From contig OZ243916.1 of the NCBI GenBank assembly GCA_965213675.1, forward strand, positions 2,048,001 through 2,112,000: a DNA stretch of 64,000 bases. Direction: 5' to 3'. Shown here piece by piece: positions 1-9,365 of this stretch. Origin of the DNA: an uncultured Candidatus Binatia bacterium (GTDB lineage Bacteria; Desulfobacterota; Binatia; UBA9968; JAJDTQ01). Both the position numbers and the translations under genes were made by a program. A model generated the notes under the pieces. The model ran no database searches. It was not told where the DNA came from and was given only the letters and a program-made list of their open reading frames with translations. How positions within the stretch are numbered: the first letter of the stretch is position 1; each line of letters opens with the position of its first letter.

Positions 1-927
1 CGTCCCGGCGTCTTCCAGCAGTTGGCGTACGACGTCGAGCTGGTGGTAGCGCGGCCAGACTTGGGTTTTCTTCCTCTTGCCGCTCTTCTCGTCCCTTGAC
101 TCCACCACCTGGGCATAATTCTCCAGGATGTTGGTCAGGCTCTCGCGGGCCAGTACGACGCGCCACAAATAGTCGGTCTTGAGCCCATTCGCGTTGGGCG
201 GGTTGCCCGCGCCGTCGTTCCAACCCCGGTCGAAGGGCAGGAACCACGAGGACTTGCCCTGGAGGTGGGTGCAGAAGCGTACCTCGTTCTCGTCCACGGC
301 AAAGTGGGCCACGCAGCGGCCGAACTCGAACAGCTTCTCGCGTGGGTCGCGGTCCTTCTTGTACTGCCACACCGCGTCGTCCACGGTCTGCTTGGTCAGG
401 CTGTTCTTGAGCTCGAAGGTGAAGACCGGCAGGCCGTTGACGAACAGCCCGATGTCCAGCGCCCGCTGAGTTTCATCGCGGCTGTAATGCAACTGGCGAG
501 TGACGGTAAAACGATTCTGGCTAAAGCGTTGCTGCGCTTTTTCGTTCCCTGGCGACGGTGTTCCGTAAAATAGTTCCAGGTCATGCACCTGATGCTTGAT
601 GCCACGGCGCAGCACGTCGATGGTGCCACGCTTGGATATCTCACCCTGGAGTCGGGCCAGGAACTTGCGCCGTGTCGGGCCGTCTTCGGATAGTCCCAGC
701 GACGCCGCGGCTTTGGGTTGGGTAGCATGCAGAAAGGCGGAGAGTTGAACAAGATCGACGCAGTGCTCGCGGTCGAAGTCGCGAAAGTTGCCGCCGCTCC
801 AGCCCACGCCGTCGTAGTCCGCTAGCGGTTCGGCCACCGTGCCCGCCGCGGGCGGCTCGCAGGGATGGCCGGTCAGCGCGGTGCAGATGAGGCGTTCGAG
901 GCCACGTTCGGAGGTGTCGGTGGTCAT
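1..927 (-). CDS. hsdR: Type I restriction enzyme R subunit (N-terminal part, runs off the window)
   Basis: Not in ORF track. Manual translation from ATG at 927: MTTDTSERGLERLIC...FTVTRQLHYS...DIGLFVNGLPVFTFELKNSLTKQ...PRYHQLDVV; HsdR nuclease motif D-x-ELK; downstream of hsdM/hsdS. Confidence 0.93.
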   Translation of the reverse strand, partial: MTTDTSERGLERLICTALTGHPCEPPAAGTVAEPLADYDGVGWSGGNFRDFDREHCVDLVQLSAFLHATQPKAAASLGLSEDGPTRRKFLARLQGEISKRGTIDVLRRGIKHQVHDLELFYGTPSPGNEKAQQRFSQNRFTVTRQLHYSRDETQRALDIGLFVNGLPVFTFELKNSLTKQTVDDAVWQYKKDRDPREKLFEFGRCVAHFAVDENEVRFCTHLQGKSSWFLPFDRGWNDGAGNPPNANGLKTDYLWRVVLARESLTNILENYAQVVESRDEKSGKRKKTQVWPRYHQLDVVRQLLEDAGT

Positions 928-1358
928 CAGGCTGGAGATTCTTCCAAAAACGGGTTTATGACCCGGAGACCGTCGTAGTCCTGCTGTGGGCTCAGGTCCT
1001 CGGAATAGACCGCGTCGCAGCCCAGGATGCGCGCCGCCGCGAGAATCGCCCCGTCCCAGTATGAAAGCCCGAAGCGCCGGCTGACAACAACGCCCGTGCG
1101 AAACACCTCGAAGGTGACATCCTGCACCGGAAAGTGGCTGACGCTCTCAATGAATCGCAGCGCATGGTCCTGGCTGATCGCTCCCCGGCGGCTGGCGCGG
1201 GTTGCCTGGTGATAGAACTCTTGCAGCACCTGCACCGACAGCGCCAGGTCTCCCGCTTCCAGCAGCCGCTGCGCCGCGTTCTGCTTGTCCGCTTCGTCAG
1301 GAGCGGGACTGGCCGCGTATATCAGCACGTTCGTATCGACAAAGCGCACGGCGCTCAC
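927..1358 (-). CDS. vapC: PIN-domain (VapC-family) toxin
   Basis: FVDTNVLIYA, QVLQEFY, LSYWDGAILAAA, YSEDL PIN acidic motifs; overlaps upstream antitoxin by 4 nt. Confidence 0.92.
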   Translation of the reverse strand: MSAVRFVDTNVLIYAASPAPDEADKQNAAQRLLEAGDLALSVQVLQEFYHQATRASRRGAISQDHALRFIESVSHFPVQDVTFEVFRTGVVVSRRFGLSYWDGAILAAARILGCDAVYSEDLSPQQDYDGLRVINPFLEESPA

Positions 1359-1696
1359 CCACGCTTGAGGTCTTCGTCTTCGGGGCTGGCCGCCGCCTGC
1401 GCTTCAGCCCTGGACCCGGCCCGGTCGTACAGCTCTTCGCGGGGCAGGTTATCGGCGGCACTGAATCCGCTCGAAGCGGCGCGTATATCCGCAATCACCT
1501 CACGCAATCCCCGGCGGCGGCGTTCGGCCCCTGTTTCCCCATCTCGCAATCCGGGCGCAGGGTCGCCCCCCGTGTCGCCAACCAGGCTTCTCAGGTAGTC
1601 CCGCACCAGGGCCGAAACCGAGGTCTCCAACTCTGCCGCCCGGATACGGGCGAGCCGATGGGTTTCTTCGTCAACGGATACCGTGATGTTTTTCAT
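1355..1696 (-). CDS. Ribbon-helix-helix antitoxin (VapB/FitA-like)
   Basis: MKNITVSVDEETHRLARIRAAELETSVSALVRDYL RHH pattern; C-terminal REELYDR typical of PIN antitoxins; directly upstream of PIN gene. Confidence 0.85.
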   Translation of the reverse strand: MKNITVSVDEETHRLARIRAAELETSVSALVRDYLRSLVGDTGGDPAPGLRDGETGAERRRRGLREVIADIRAASSGFSAADNLPREELYDRAGSRAEAQAAASPEDEDLKRG

Positions 1697-1705
1697 TTAC
1701 ACAGC

Positions 1706-1722
1706 CTCACAGTTTCTGTGAG
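1706..1722. promoter_or_regulatory. Palindrome CTCACAG-TTT-CTGTGAG, candidate antitoxin operator
   Basis: Perfect 7-bp inverted repeat 10 nt upstream of the antitoxin ATG; RHH antitoxins usually autoregulate at such sites. Confidence 0.5.
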
Positions 1723-1744
1723 ACACTGCATAGACTCTCATCGA

Positions 1745-3184
1745 CTAATGGGCAACGTCTACGGCGTCGCGTGGGACCGGTCCGGTCGGGGCGTCGGTAT
1801 CGAGGGTGTCGTCCAGGGCATCTTCGGCACCGAGGGGATCGACTTCGGGCAGCGCAGCCGCCGCCTCGCGCACGTCGAGCTTGCCGGTGACGACATCGGC
1901 GATCAGACGGGTGCGGTATTCGTGGAGGAGGTCAATTTGGTGACGAGCGCGAGAACCCGCATGGTCAGCCTGCTTCAAACTAACATCAAGAAAACTCACT
2001 AACGACTCCTGCTCCGTTACAGGAGGGAATGGAAAGCGATGTGCTCTCAACTTTTCACCTGTCAAGTGGGCGATAGTGCTGAGATGCCCATCATTGAAAG
2101 CGTTGCCTCTCACCGCAGCACGAAGGGCATAATGCATGAAGCGCGGCGTATCCTGACCGGCATGCCGCGGGCGGAGGCGGTGCAGTGCCTTCTGAAATCC
2201 GCACTTGGGAAGTTCACCCGACCACAGCGCGCAGCGGCCTACTTCTCCTCCTTCGCATACCAGCAAGTCGCCATGTTGGATGGTGTAACGCTCATATTCG
2301 TCGGGGGGAATGTCCATCGTCGGAAGGTTTTCGATGTTGATCTGATCCCACTGAACGTCAACATTCCGCAGATACGGGAGCGAGTGGTCGCCTGTGATTC
2401 GTTTAGAGTCGAGCATCTTACCAAGACACTGCGAATATCTATGGTGCAGAGCGGCGACCTCCCAATGCGCCGGCACCTCCCCCAGCCACTCGACGCCGGA
2501 GGGCTTGTATGCCGGGTAGGGCTGGCCGGTGCGGACATCGATCTGGCCGGTGACGGCCTGGTGGATGATGGCCTGCTTCTGCTCCTCCAGCAGCGCAATC
2601 AGCTTCTGCTTGGCGCGGATGTAGCGCCGGATGCGCCGGTCGGCGTGGTCGAGGAAGCGGACGATGGCAGTTTGTTCGGGGAGGGGGGGAAGGGGAAACG
2701 GTGCTCCGAGAAATGCTTCATCGGTCAACTGGAGTCTTGAAACCCAAATTCCCTTTGAGCGTACTTGTAACTCCCATTGAAAAGGGACGGACCGTACCAG
2801 ATTGTGTACGAACTGAGAGTGCGTCTTGCAGTCTGGCGACAGGCGATAAACGCCGTAAGCGGAACTTACGATACCGTGATATTGGGATACTCCCAATCCT
2901 CGTGCCCACGCCCATAGGCTGTTGATTACCAAGTCATCAGGCCAGCAGAGTTTGTACCCCACATACGATTCTGCTTTGAACATCGTCACATTGGCAGAGG
3001 CTCTCGGGACAACGCCTCGCTCCGATGAAACGGTTAGTAATTCCTCTTCTCCCGTCGTGGAACGGACGTCAATGGGCCGAAACAACATTTTGCCCCGCCG
3101 TACCTCCCAATGCGCCGGCACCTCCCCCAGCCATGAAACGCCGGAATCCTGATAGGCAGGATAAGGTTTGAGGTTGTGGATCAT
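1745..3184 (-). CDS. hsdS: Type I R-M specificity subunit
   Basis: YPAY..SGV.WLGEVPAHWEV twice, PLPPLPEQ..I..FLD and RTRLIADVVTGK helices flanking two lower-GC TRDs. Confidence 0.95.
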   Translation of the reverse strand: MIHNLKPYPAYQDSGVSWLGEVPAHWEVRRGKMLFRPIDVRSTTGEEELLTVSSERGVVPRASANVTMFKAESYVGYKLCWPDDLVINSLWAWARGLGVSQYHGIVSSAYGVYRLSPDCKTHSQFVHNLVRSVPFQWELQVRSKGIWVSRLQLTDEAFLGAPFPLPPLPEQTAIVRFLDHADRRIRRYIRAKQKLIALLEEQKQAIIHQAVTGQIDVRTGQPYPAYKPSGVEWLGEVPAHWEVAALHHRYSQCLGKMLDSKRITGDHSLPYLRNVDVQWDQINIENLPTMDIPPDEYERYTIQHGDLLVCEGGEVGRCALWSGELPKCGFQKALHRLRPRHAGQDTPRFMHYALRAAVRGNAFNDGHLSTIAHLTGEKLRAHRFPFPPVTEQESLVSFLDVSLKQADHAGSRARHQIDLLHEYRTRLIADVVTGKLDVREAAAALPEVDPLGAEDALDDTLDTDAPTGPVPRDAVDVAH

Positions 3185-5172
3185 GACCCCCTACTATCCC
3201 CCATGATGTCGCCGAGCAGCCCCTCGGTCTCCTTTTCCAGCGCCAGAATATCCGCCCGAATCTCCTCCAACGAACGCAGTGGCTGCGGCTTGTAGAAGTA
3301 GCGTGTAAAGCTGATCTCGTAACCGACCTTCACATTTTCTGCCTGATACCAGGCGTCCGGAGCGTAAGGCAGAACCTCGCGTTCAAGAAAAACCTCGATG
3401 CCACCCGCCTCCTGCAATGGAATCTGCTCAGTGTCGCGCAGGTCGGTGTCCGGCTCGTATTCCACCACGGCGGACCGGCCGTCAACGGTGGCTGCGAACA
3501 GCCCGCGTAACGGGTCGGCCTCGGTTCCCCGCTCGTGAATCTTCCTGATGACGGGCGGGGCGTCCTCGCTGCGCTCGCCGTCTTCTTTGAGCTTCTTGAT
3601 CTCGGCGGCCTTGTACGCGCGGTTGGGATCGATGCCTTGGATGCGTAGCGGCCGCTCGACCGTGACCTTCCAATAGCCGAAGGCGGCATTGTCGAGAATC
3701 TTGCTCTGGTCGCTCTCCTTGAAATCGAGGAAGGTGTCACAGATGCGAATGATGTCCTCCTCGCCCAGCTCACAGTTCTTCTTGCCCAGGTTCTTGCGCA
3801 GGGGCCGGTACCATGTGGTGGCGTCGATCAACTGTACCTTGCCTCGGCGGTGCGCGGGCTTGCGGTTGGTCAGCACCCAGACGTAGGTGGCGATGCCGGT
3901 GTTGTAGAACATGTTGAGAGGCAGGGCGACGATGGCCTCCAGCCAATCGTTCTCGATGATCCAGCGGCGGATGTTGCTCTCGCCTTGTCCGGCGTCGCCG
4001 GTGAAGAGCGAGCTGCCGTTGTGCACCTCGGCGATGCGGCTGCCGAGCGGGGTGTCCTGCTTCATCTTGGAGAGCTTGTTGGCCAGGAACAGCATCTGGC
4101 CGTCGCTGGAGCGGGTGACCAGGGAATACTCGGGATCGCCGGCATGTTCGATCACGAAGCGCGGGTCGCGCATGTCGCTCTTGCCGCCCATGCGCTCCAG
4201 GTCGGTCTTCCAGCTCTTGCCGTAGGGCGGGTTGGACAGCATGAAGTCGAACTCCCGCGAGGGGAACGCGTCGTTGGCCAGGGTCGAGTGCTCCGGGCCG
4301 CCCACGATGTTGTCGGCGGCTTCTCCCTCGCCCTTGAGCAGGAGGTCGGCCTTGCAGATGGCGTAGGTCTCGGCGTTGATCTCCTGGCCGTAGAGATGGG
4401 TGGACACCTCCTTGTCGTATTCGGTGGCGAGCTGTTGCAGGGTGTCCTCGGCCACGGTCAACATGCCGCCGGTGCCGCAGGCGCCGTCGTAGAGCAGATA
4501 GGTGCCGGATTTGATGGCGCCTGCAACGGGCAGGAACAGCAACTTGGCCATGAGCGTGACGGCGTCCCGTGGGGTCCAGTGTTCGCCGGCCTCTTCGTTG
4601 TTCTCTTCGTTGAAGCGGCGCACCAGTTCCTCGAAGATCGAGCCCATGCCGTGGTTGTCGAGGCCGGGGTGTTTGACCGAGCTATCGGTGTTGAGAACCG
4701 GAATCGGGCTCAGGTTGATGTCGGGCGAGGTGAGCTTCTCGATCAGCGTGCCCAGGGCATCGGCTTTGGACAGGCGCGGAATCTGGTTGCGGAACTCGAA
4801 GTTGTCGAGAATGTCCTGCACGTTGGGCGAGAACCCGTCCAGATACGCCTCGAAGTCGGCCGTCAATTGCTGGCGATTGGCACGGGCTCTGAGGTCCCGC
4901 AGGGTGAACTGCGAGGTGTTGTAGAACGCCTGTCCCGCGGCCTGTCGCAGGGCCTGATCCTGTTCAACAACCTCCGCAGCGTCGAGGGTCGCCTTCATGT
5001 CGAGGACGACCTGCTTGCTGTCTTCCAGTACCGCATCGAGCCGGCGCAGCACGGTCATGGGCAGGATCACGTCACGGTACTTGCCGCGCACGTACAGGTC
5101 GCGCAACACGTCGTCGGCAATACCCCAGATGTAGTTGGCAATCCAGTTGAGGGCGTTGCTCCCCATGCCCAT
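3181..5172 (-). CDS. hsdM: Type I R-M N6-adenine methyltransferase
   Basis: YDGACGTGGML SAM-binding motif, SNPPYG catalytic motif, GEHWTPRD. Confidence 0.96.
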   Translation of the reverse strand: MGMGSNALNWIANYIWGIADDVLRDLYVRGKYRDVILPMTVLRRLDAVLEDSKQVVLDMKATLDAAEVVEQDQALRQAAGQAFYNTSQFTLRDLRARANRQQLTADFEAYLDGFSPNVQDILDNFEFRNQIPRLSKADALGTLIEKLTSPDINLSPIPVLNTDSSVKHPGLDNHGMGSIFEELVRRFNEENNEEAGEHWTPRDAVTLMAKLLFLPVAGAIKSGTYLLYDGACGTGGMLTVAEDTLQQLATEYDKEVSTHLYGQEINAETYAICKADLLLKGEGEAADNIVGGPEHSTLANDAFPSREFDFMLSNPPYGKSWKTDLERMGGKSDMRDPRFVIEHAGDPEYSLVTRSSDGQMLFLANKLSKMKQDTPLGSRIAEVHNGSSLFTGDAGQGESNIRRWIIENDWLEAIVALPLNMFYNTGIATYVWVLTNRKPAHRRGKVQLIDATTWYRPLRKNLGKKNCELGEEDIIRICDTFLDFKESDQSKILDNAAFGYWKVTVERPLRIQGIDPNRAYKAAEIKKLKEDGERSEDAPPVIRKIHERGTEADPLRGLFAATVDGRSAVVEYEPDTDLRDTEQIPLQEAGGIEVFLEREVLPYAPDAWYQAENVKVGYEISFTRYFYKPQPLRSLEEIRADILALEKETEGLLGDIMGDSRGS

Positions 5173-5247
5173 CCCTTCTGAGTGAGTTTACTGGAGACGC
5201 GTCAGTGTGAGTGAGTCAGGCCACCAGCTTCGCCCCTGAGAGACTGT

Positions 5248-5526
5248 TCACCCAGCCGCCATCTCTCGCTTCACGTCGGCAAACGCGGCCTCTTCGAGAT
5301 CGAGGCGGTCTCGAATAATCCGTTCGATCCAGACGTCCACGCTCTTCTCCCGGTGGAGGCGGGCGAAAAACGCGGCTCGCGTGGCTACCGGCGCAGACAA
5401 TGGGACGCTAGTGGGCTTGGCTTTCCGGGCTCGGACAGGTTTTCCCCAAGCCGCGTCGTCGTCGGCTTCGGCAACGACGGCGTCATCAACTTCTCTTTCG
5501 GTTAAGGGTTTTGTCTTTTTCTTCAT
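5248..5526 (-). CDS. Antitoxin, BrnA/CopG-like
   Basis: Small protein with C-terminal RHH-like segment; ATG at 5526 overlaps the toxin stop (ATGA). Confidence 0.7.
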   Translation of the reverse strand: MKKKTKPLTEREVDDAVVAEADDDAAWGKPVRARKAKPTSVPLSAPVATRAAFFARLHREKSVDVWIERIIRDRLDLEEAAFADVKREMAAG

Positions 5527-5774
5527 AGGGGCCATCCTGTAATGATCCGGACGACATCACCCGGTTTCAGTTGAAAAATGACTTTCAAACGCCGGCCGCC
5601 AACCGTTCGTCCGAGGAGTTGGTAACGATCTCTGTACGACTTGTTGCGACGGATTTCAAAGTCCGAGAAGAAGCACTCGACCGCTTCCTCGAAAGTGATT
5701 CGGTGGGAAGCAAGTTCATCCCGCTCGAAGTCATACTCAAAGTCAACTGGTGTAAATCGCGCCCAATTCACCAT
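5523..5774 (-). CDS. brnT: BrnT-family ribonuclease toxin
   Basis: FEYD...HRITFEEAVECF...RYQLLGRT..GRRLKVIF...VRIITG pattern of BrnT/DUF497. Confidence 0.8.
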   Translation of the reverse strand: MVNWARFTPVDFEYDFERDELASHRITFEEAVECFFSDFEIRRNKSYRDRYQLLGRTVGGRRLKVIFQLKPGDVVRIITGWPL

Positions 5775-5806
5775 TTTTCGTTCTTCGAATACGTCCGAGC
5801 AAGCGG

Positions 5807-5899
5807 TGGCGGAGGGGGCGAGATTCGAACTCGCGGTCCGCTGTTTAGGCGGACGCCGATTTTCAAGACCGGTGCCTTAAACCACTCGGCCACCCCTCC
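5807..5899 (-). tRNA. tRNA-Ser (anticodon TGA)
   Basis: Reverse complement GGAGGGGTGGCCGAGTGGTTTAAGGCACCGGTCTTGAAAATCGG...long variable arm...GTTCGAATCTCGCCCCCTCCGCCA with encoded CCA. Confidence 0.96.
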
Positions 5900-5929
5900 G
5901 TATTCGGGAAGACCCGCGACGCCCCGGTG

Positions 5930-6409
5930 TCAGGGACGCTCCTTTGAATTTTGCCACTTGGTGAAGGGATTTGCCACAAGATTGGCGTTGTAGAAGCGGG
6001 GGTCGTAGGTGACTTCCTCGCCTACCCACGGGGGCTTAGTGAACGGGCGGTCTTCGCGGTCCAGCTCGACTTCGGCCACGACGAGGCCCTGGTTGTCGCC
6101 GAGGAACTCGTCGACTTCCCAGATGAGGCCGTCGTGTTCCAGGCGGCGGCGGACCTTTTCAATTAGCGGTGGCTCGCAGAGCCGCAACAGCTCGTCGGCT
6201 TCCTCAGGCGGGATTTCGTACTCGTACTCGGAACGGGTGGCGCCGCGGGTGAGCCCCTTGATGGTGAGGGCGGCCTTGTCGCCTTCGATGCGGACGCGCA
6301 CGGTGCGTTCCGGCTGGGTGCTTAGGTAACCCTGCCGGAGGACGACGCCTTCGGACGCGCGCCACCCGTCTCCGGTGACCAGGAACTTGCGCTCGATCTC
6401 CAGCGCCAT
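5930..6409 (-). CDS. CYTH-domain protein (inorganic triphosphatase / class IV cyclase-like)
   Basis: EIERKFLV, LRQGYL, RSEYEYEIP, WEVDEF, VAEVEL. Confidence 0.92.
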   Translation of the reverse strand: MALEIERKFLVTGDGWRASEGVVLRQGYLSTQPERTVRVRIEGDKAALTIKGLTRGATRSEYEYEIPPEEADELLRLCEPPLIEKVRRRLEHDGLIWEVDEFLGDNQGLVVAEVELDREDRPFTKPPWVGEEVTYDPRFYNANLVANPFTKWQNSKERP

Positions 6410-6504
6410 GGGTTTCTCGCTGCCGCGCCCCTTTGTGTCACACGGTCCCTGGTACGACAGGGGCGCTTCGCGCCATTCGTGCCGCCACCGCTGCCCGCCG
6501 CGGC

Positions 6505-7500
6505 CTACTTCATCCGATGCAGCACATTCTCCGCCAGCCCCTGCAGGTATTCCTTCCGCCCCGACAGGTCCTTGGGCATGTTGAGGAGCGTCATGCCCAC
6601 GTATTCCACGCCGTCTTCGGCCAGCCGGCCGAGATCCTGCAGGCAGTCGTCGCCGTTGCCGGTGACGGCCCAGGCGTTGACCTCGGAGTCGGAGGCGATG
6701 TTGATCTTGACCATGGTGTCTTCCTGCATGTTCCAGCTGCTGTACATCTTGTAGGAAGACGCCGCGGACTCGCGCGCCTGAGCGATGGCGGTCTCGCGGT
6801 TGGGGGCATAGGCCACGCCCCGGGAGATGGTGATGCGGCCGGGGTCCTGGCCGGTGTTGCTGCGCTCGTCGCGGTAGATGGAGATGAGATGGGCGACGTC
6901 GTCGAAGCCCACCTGGGGCGCCAGATAGGCGGCGTCGGCGATGCGGGCGGAGCGGCGCACCGCGCCTTCGCTCTGGCAGGCGATCCAGATGGGCGGGTGG
7001 GGCTTCTGGATGGGCGTGAATCCCATCTTGGCGCCGTGCACGGTCCAGTACTTGCCCTCGTGGTCGATCTCCTCGCCGGTCCAGAGCTTCTTCATCACTT
7101 CAATGGACTCGGTGAGGCGGGACACCCGCTGCTTGCGGTTGGAGGCCACGGCCTCGAGCTCGGTGTCGCGGTAGCCCAAACCCACGCCGAGGACGAAGCG
7201 GCCCTTGGCGATGTGGTCCAGGGTGGCCACGTCTTCCGCCACCTGGAGCGGGTTGTGGAGCGGCAGCAGCACGATGCCGGTCTGGAGCCGCATATCGCCC
7301 ACCTCCGGGGCCAGCCGCGCCAGCATGGGGAAGGGCTGGGGCCAGATGGTGGGATGCGACACCCAGTGCTGGGGCATGGTGATGGCGGCGAAGCCGCAGT
7401 CACGGGCGACGTGGCAGATCTCGACGGCGTCGTCGATCTGCTCGTGCAGGGGCCGTGTCGGGTTGGTGAAGAAAGAACGGAAATAGATGCCAAGTTCCAC
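6505..7500 (-). CDS. LLM-class flavin-dependent oxidoreductase
   Basis: LLPLHNPLQVAEDVATLDHIAKGRFVLGVGLGYR, PIQKPHPPIW; GTG start at 7500 after AGGAGG. Confidence 0.9.
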   Translation of the reverse strand: MELGIYFRSFFTNPTRPLHEQIDDAVEICHVARDCGFAAITMPQHWVSHPTIWPQPFPMLARLAPEVGDMRLQTGIVLLPLHNPLQVAEDVATLDHIAKGRFVLGVGLGYRDTELEAVASNRKQRVSRLTESIEVMKKLWTGEEIDHEGKYWTVHGAKMGFTPIQKPHPPIWIACQSEGAVRRSARIADAAYLAPQVGFDDVAHLISIYRDERSNTGQDPGRITISRGVAYAPNRETAIAQARESAASSYKMYSSWNMQEDTMVKINIASDSEVNAWAVTGNGDDCLQDLGRLAEDGVEYVGMTLLNMPKDLSGRKEYLQGLAENVLHRMK

Positions 7501-7597
7501 GGGAATCCTCCTGAATGGTGAGGCTACTTCATGGCAAGCGGGGGGCGGGGTTGTCAAACTCGACGACGCCCCGCACTCCGCCCGGATCCCCGACTCC

Positions 7598-7836
7598 CAG
7601 ACTGTGTCAATACTCCACTCAAACTAGAGATGGCACCGCCACCCCGGATCGTCATTCTCGCGAAAGCGGGAATCCAGGGGCGGTGGCGGGGCACTACAGC
7701 GGCGTTTTCCCGCCTCCCCGCCCCGCATGCCTACCCCTCAAATTGGCCGATCTGAGGGGTTCTCTCAACATACAAATGCCGATCCGTAGGGTCTCTGCCT
7801 CACGAATTTGACGCAGCCTGCTCCGTGGAAATGACG
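7598..7836. repeat. Composite intergenic element: 223-bp unit with CAG(A/G)CTG(T/C)GTCAA inverted ends enclosing a dRS3-like palindrome, plus a palindrome half-site
   Basis: CAGACTGTGTCAA (7598) vs TTGACGCAGCCTG (ends 7820); GTCATTCTCGCGAAAGCGGGAATCCAG at 7651-7677. Confidence 0.65.
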
Positions 7837-7946
7837 ATTCGTAGCAAACGTGCCCGGTGAGTCGGGCGCAGCCTTTTTCGTGGAAATGGCGGGAGGCATG
7901 GCGGGAATGTTGACAGAAACGGGTGCGTCCACTAACACGTAGCGTC

Positions 7947-9365
7947 ATGGCTTCTTCATCCACCGGAGGGGGTTCGGGAGGGGTTCCCGAGGTCGATGTG
8001 CTCATCGCGGGCGGTGGGAACGCGGCGATGTGCGCGGCCATCATGGCCCGTCACGGGGGCGCCAGCGTGTTGGTGCTGGAGGCGGCGCCCAAGGCGTTCC
8101 GGGGCGGCAACAGCCGCCACACGCGGAACCTGCGTTACATGCACGAGGGCGAGGACGGGTTCCTCACGGGCACGTATCCGGAGGACGAGTTCTACGAGGA
8201 CCTGCTGCGGGTGACGGGCGGCGACACCAACGAGGAGCTGGCGCGCTACTGCATACGGCAGTCCCAGGACGCGGGCGAATGGATGTCGGCCCACGGCATC
8301 AAGTGGCAGCCGTCCTTGCGCGGCACCCTGCAGCTTTCGCGCACCAACGCGTTCTTCCTGGGCGGCGGCAAGGCGTTGATGAACGCCTACTACGACACCG
8401 CCGAGAAGATGGGCATCCGGGCCGAGTACGACACCGAGGTGCGGGACCTGAACATCGAGGACGGCATGTTCCGCTCCGCGGTGGTGGAGCACAACGGCCA
8501 GAAGCGCGAGGTGGCGGCCAAGGCCTTCATCGGCGCCTCCGGCGGCTTCGAGGCCAACGTGCCGTGGCTCAAGGAATACTGGGGCGAGGCGGCGGACAAC
8601 TTCATCATCCGCGGCACGCCCTACAACAAGGGCCGGGTGCTGCGTCAATTGTTCGACGCGGGCGCCAAGCCGGCGGGGCGGGCCAAGGGTTTCCACGCCA
8701 TCGCGCTGGACGGGCGCGCGCCCAAGTTCGACGGCGGCATCGTGACCCGGCTCGACTGCGTCCCCTTCGGCGTCGTGCTCAACAAGAACGCCGAGCGCTT
8801 CTACGACGAGGGCGAGGACTTCTGGCCCAAGCGCTATGCCATCTGGGGCACCCTCATCGCCGGCCAGCCGGAGCAGGAGGCCTACTGCATCGTCGACGCC
8901 AAGTCCATCGACATGTTCCTGCCCTCGGTCTTCCCGCCCTTCGAGGCGGACTCGGTCCGGCAACTCGCCGCGGCCATGGACTTGAACCCGGCCAAGGCGG
9001 AGGAGACGGTGAACGCGTTCAACAGCGCCGTCAAAGCGGGGACCTTCGACCCCACGACACTGGACGACTGCTCCACCGAGGGCATGGACCCGCCCAAGAG
9101 CCACTGGGCGCGGGTCATCGACACCCCGCCGTTCTACGGCTATCCGTTGCGGCCGGGGATCACCTTCACCTACATGGGCGTGGCCGTGAACAAGCAGTGC
9201 CAGGTTCTTTTCGGCGAAGACCAGCCGTCTCCGAACATCTTCGCAGCCGGGGAGATGATGTCGGGAAACATCCTCGGCAAGGGGTATCTGGCGGGATTCG
9301 GCATGACCATCGGAACGGTGTTCGGCCGCATCGCAGGAAGGGAGGCCGCGCGTGCCGTCGTCTGA
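7947..9365 (+). CDS. tcuA: FAD-dependent tricarballylate dehydrogenase
   Basis: GGGNAAMCAA, RGGNSRHTRNLR, RTNAFFLGGGKAL, FYDEGEDFWPKRYAIWG. Confidence 0.93.
   Translation: MASSSTGGGSGGVPEVDVLIAGGGNAAMCAAIMARHGGASVLVLEAAPKAFRGGNSRHTRNLRYMHEGEDGFLTGTYPEDEFYEDLLRVTGGDTNEELARYCIRQSQDAGEWMSAHGIKWQPSLRGTLQLSRTNAFFLGGGKALMNAYYDTAEKMGIRAEYDTEVRDLNIEDGMFRSAVVEHNGQKREVAAKAFIGASGGFEANVPWLKEYWGEAADNFIIRGTPYNKGRVLRQLFDAGAKPAGRAKGFHAIALDGRAPKFDGGIVTRLDCVPFGVVLNKNAERFYDEGEDFWPKRYAIWGTLIAGQPEQEAYCIVDAKSIDMFLPSVFPPFEADSVRQLAAAMDLNPAKAEETVNAFNSAVKAGTFDPTTLDDCSTEGMDPPKSHWARVIDTPPFYGYPLRPGITFTYMGVAVNKQCQVLFGEDQPSPNIFAAGEMMSGNILGKGYLAGFGMTIGTVFGRIAGREAARAVV

Noticed and set aside
5571-5993. Plus-strand ORFs across 5.6-6.0 kb
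   Set aside because: Antisense to brnT and the tRNA-Ser gene
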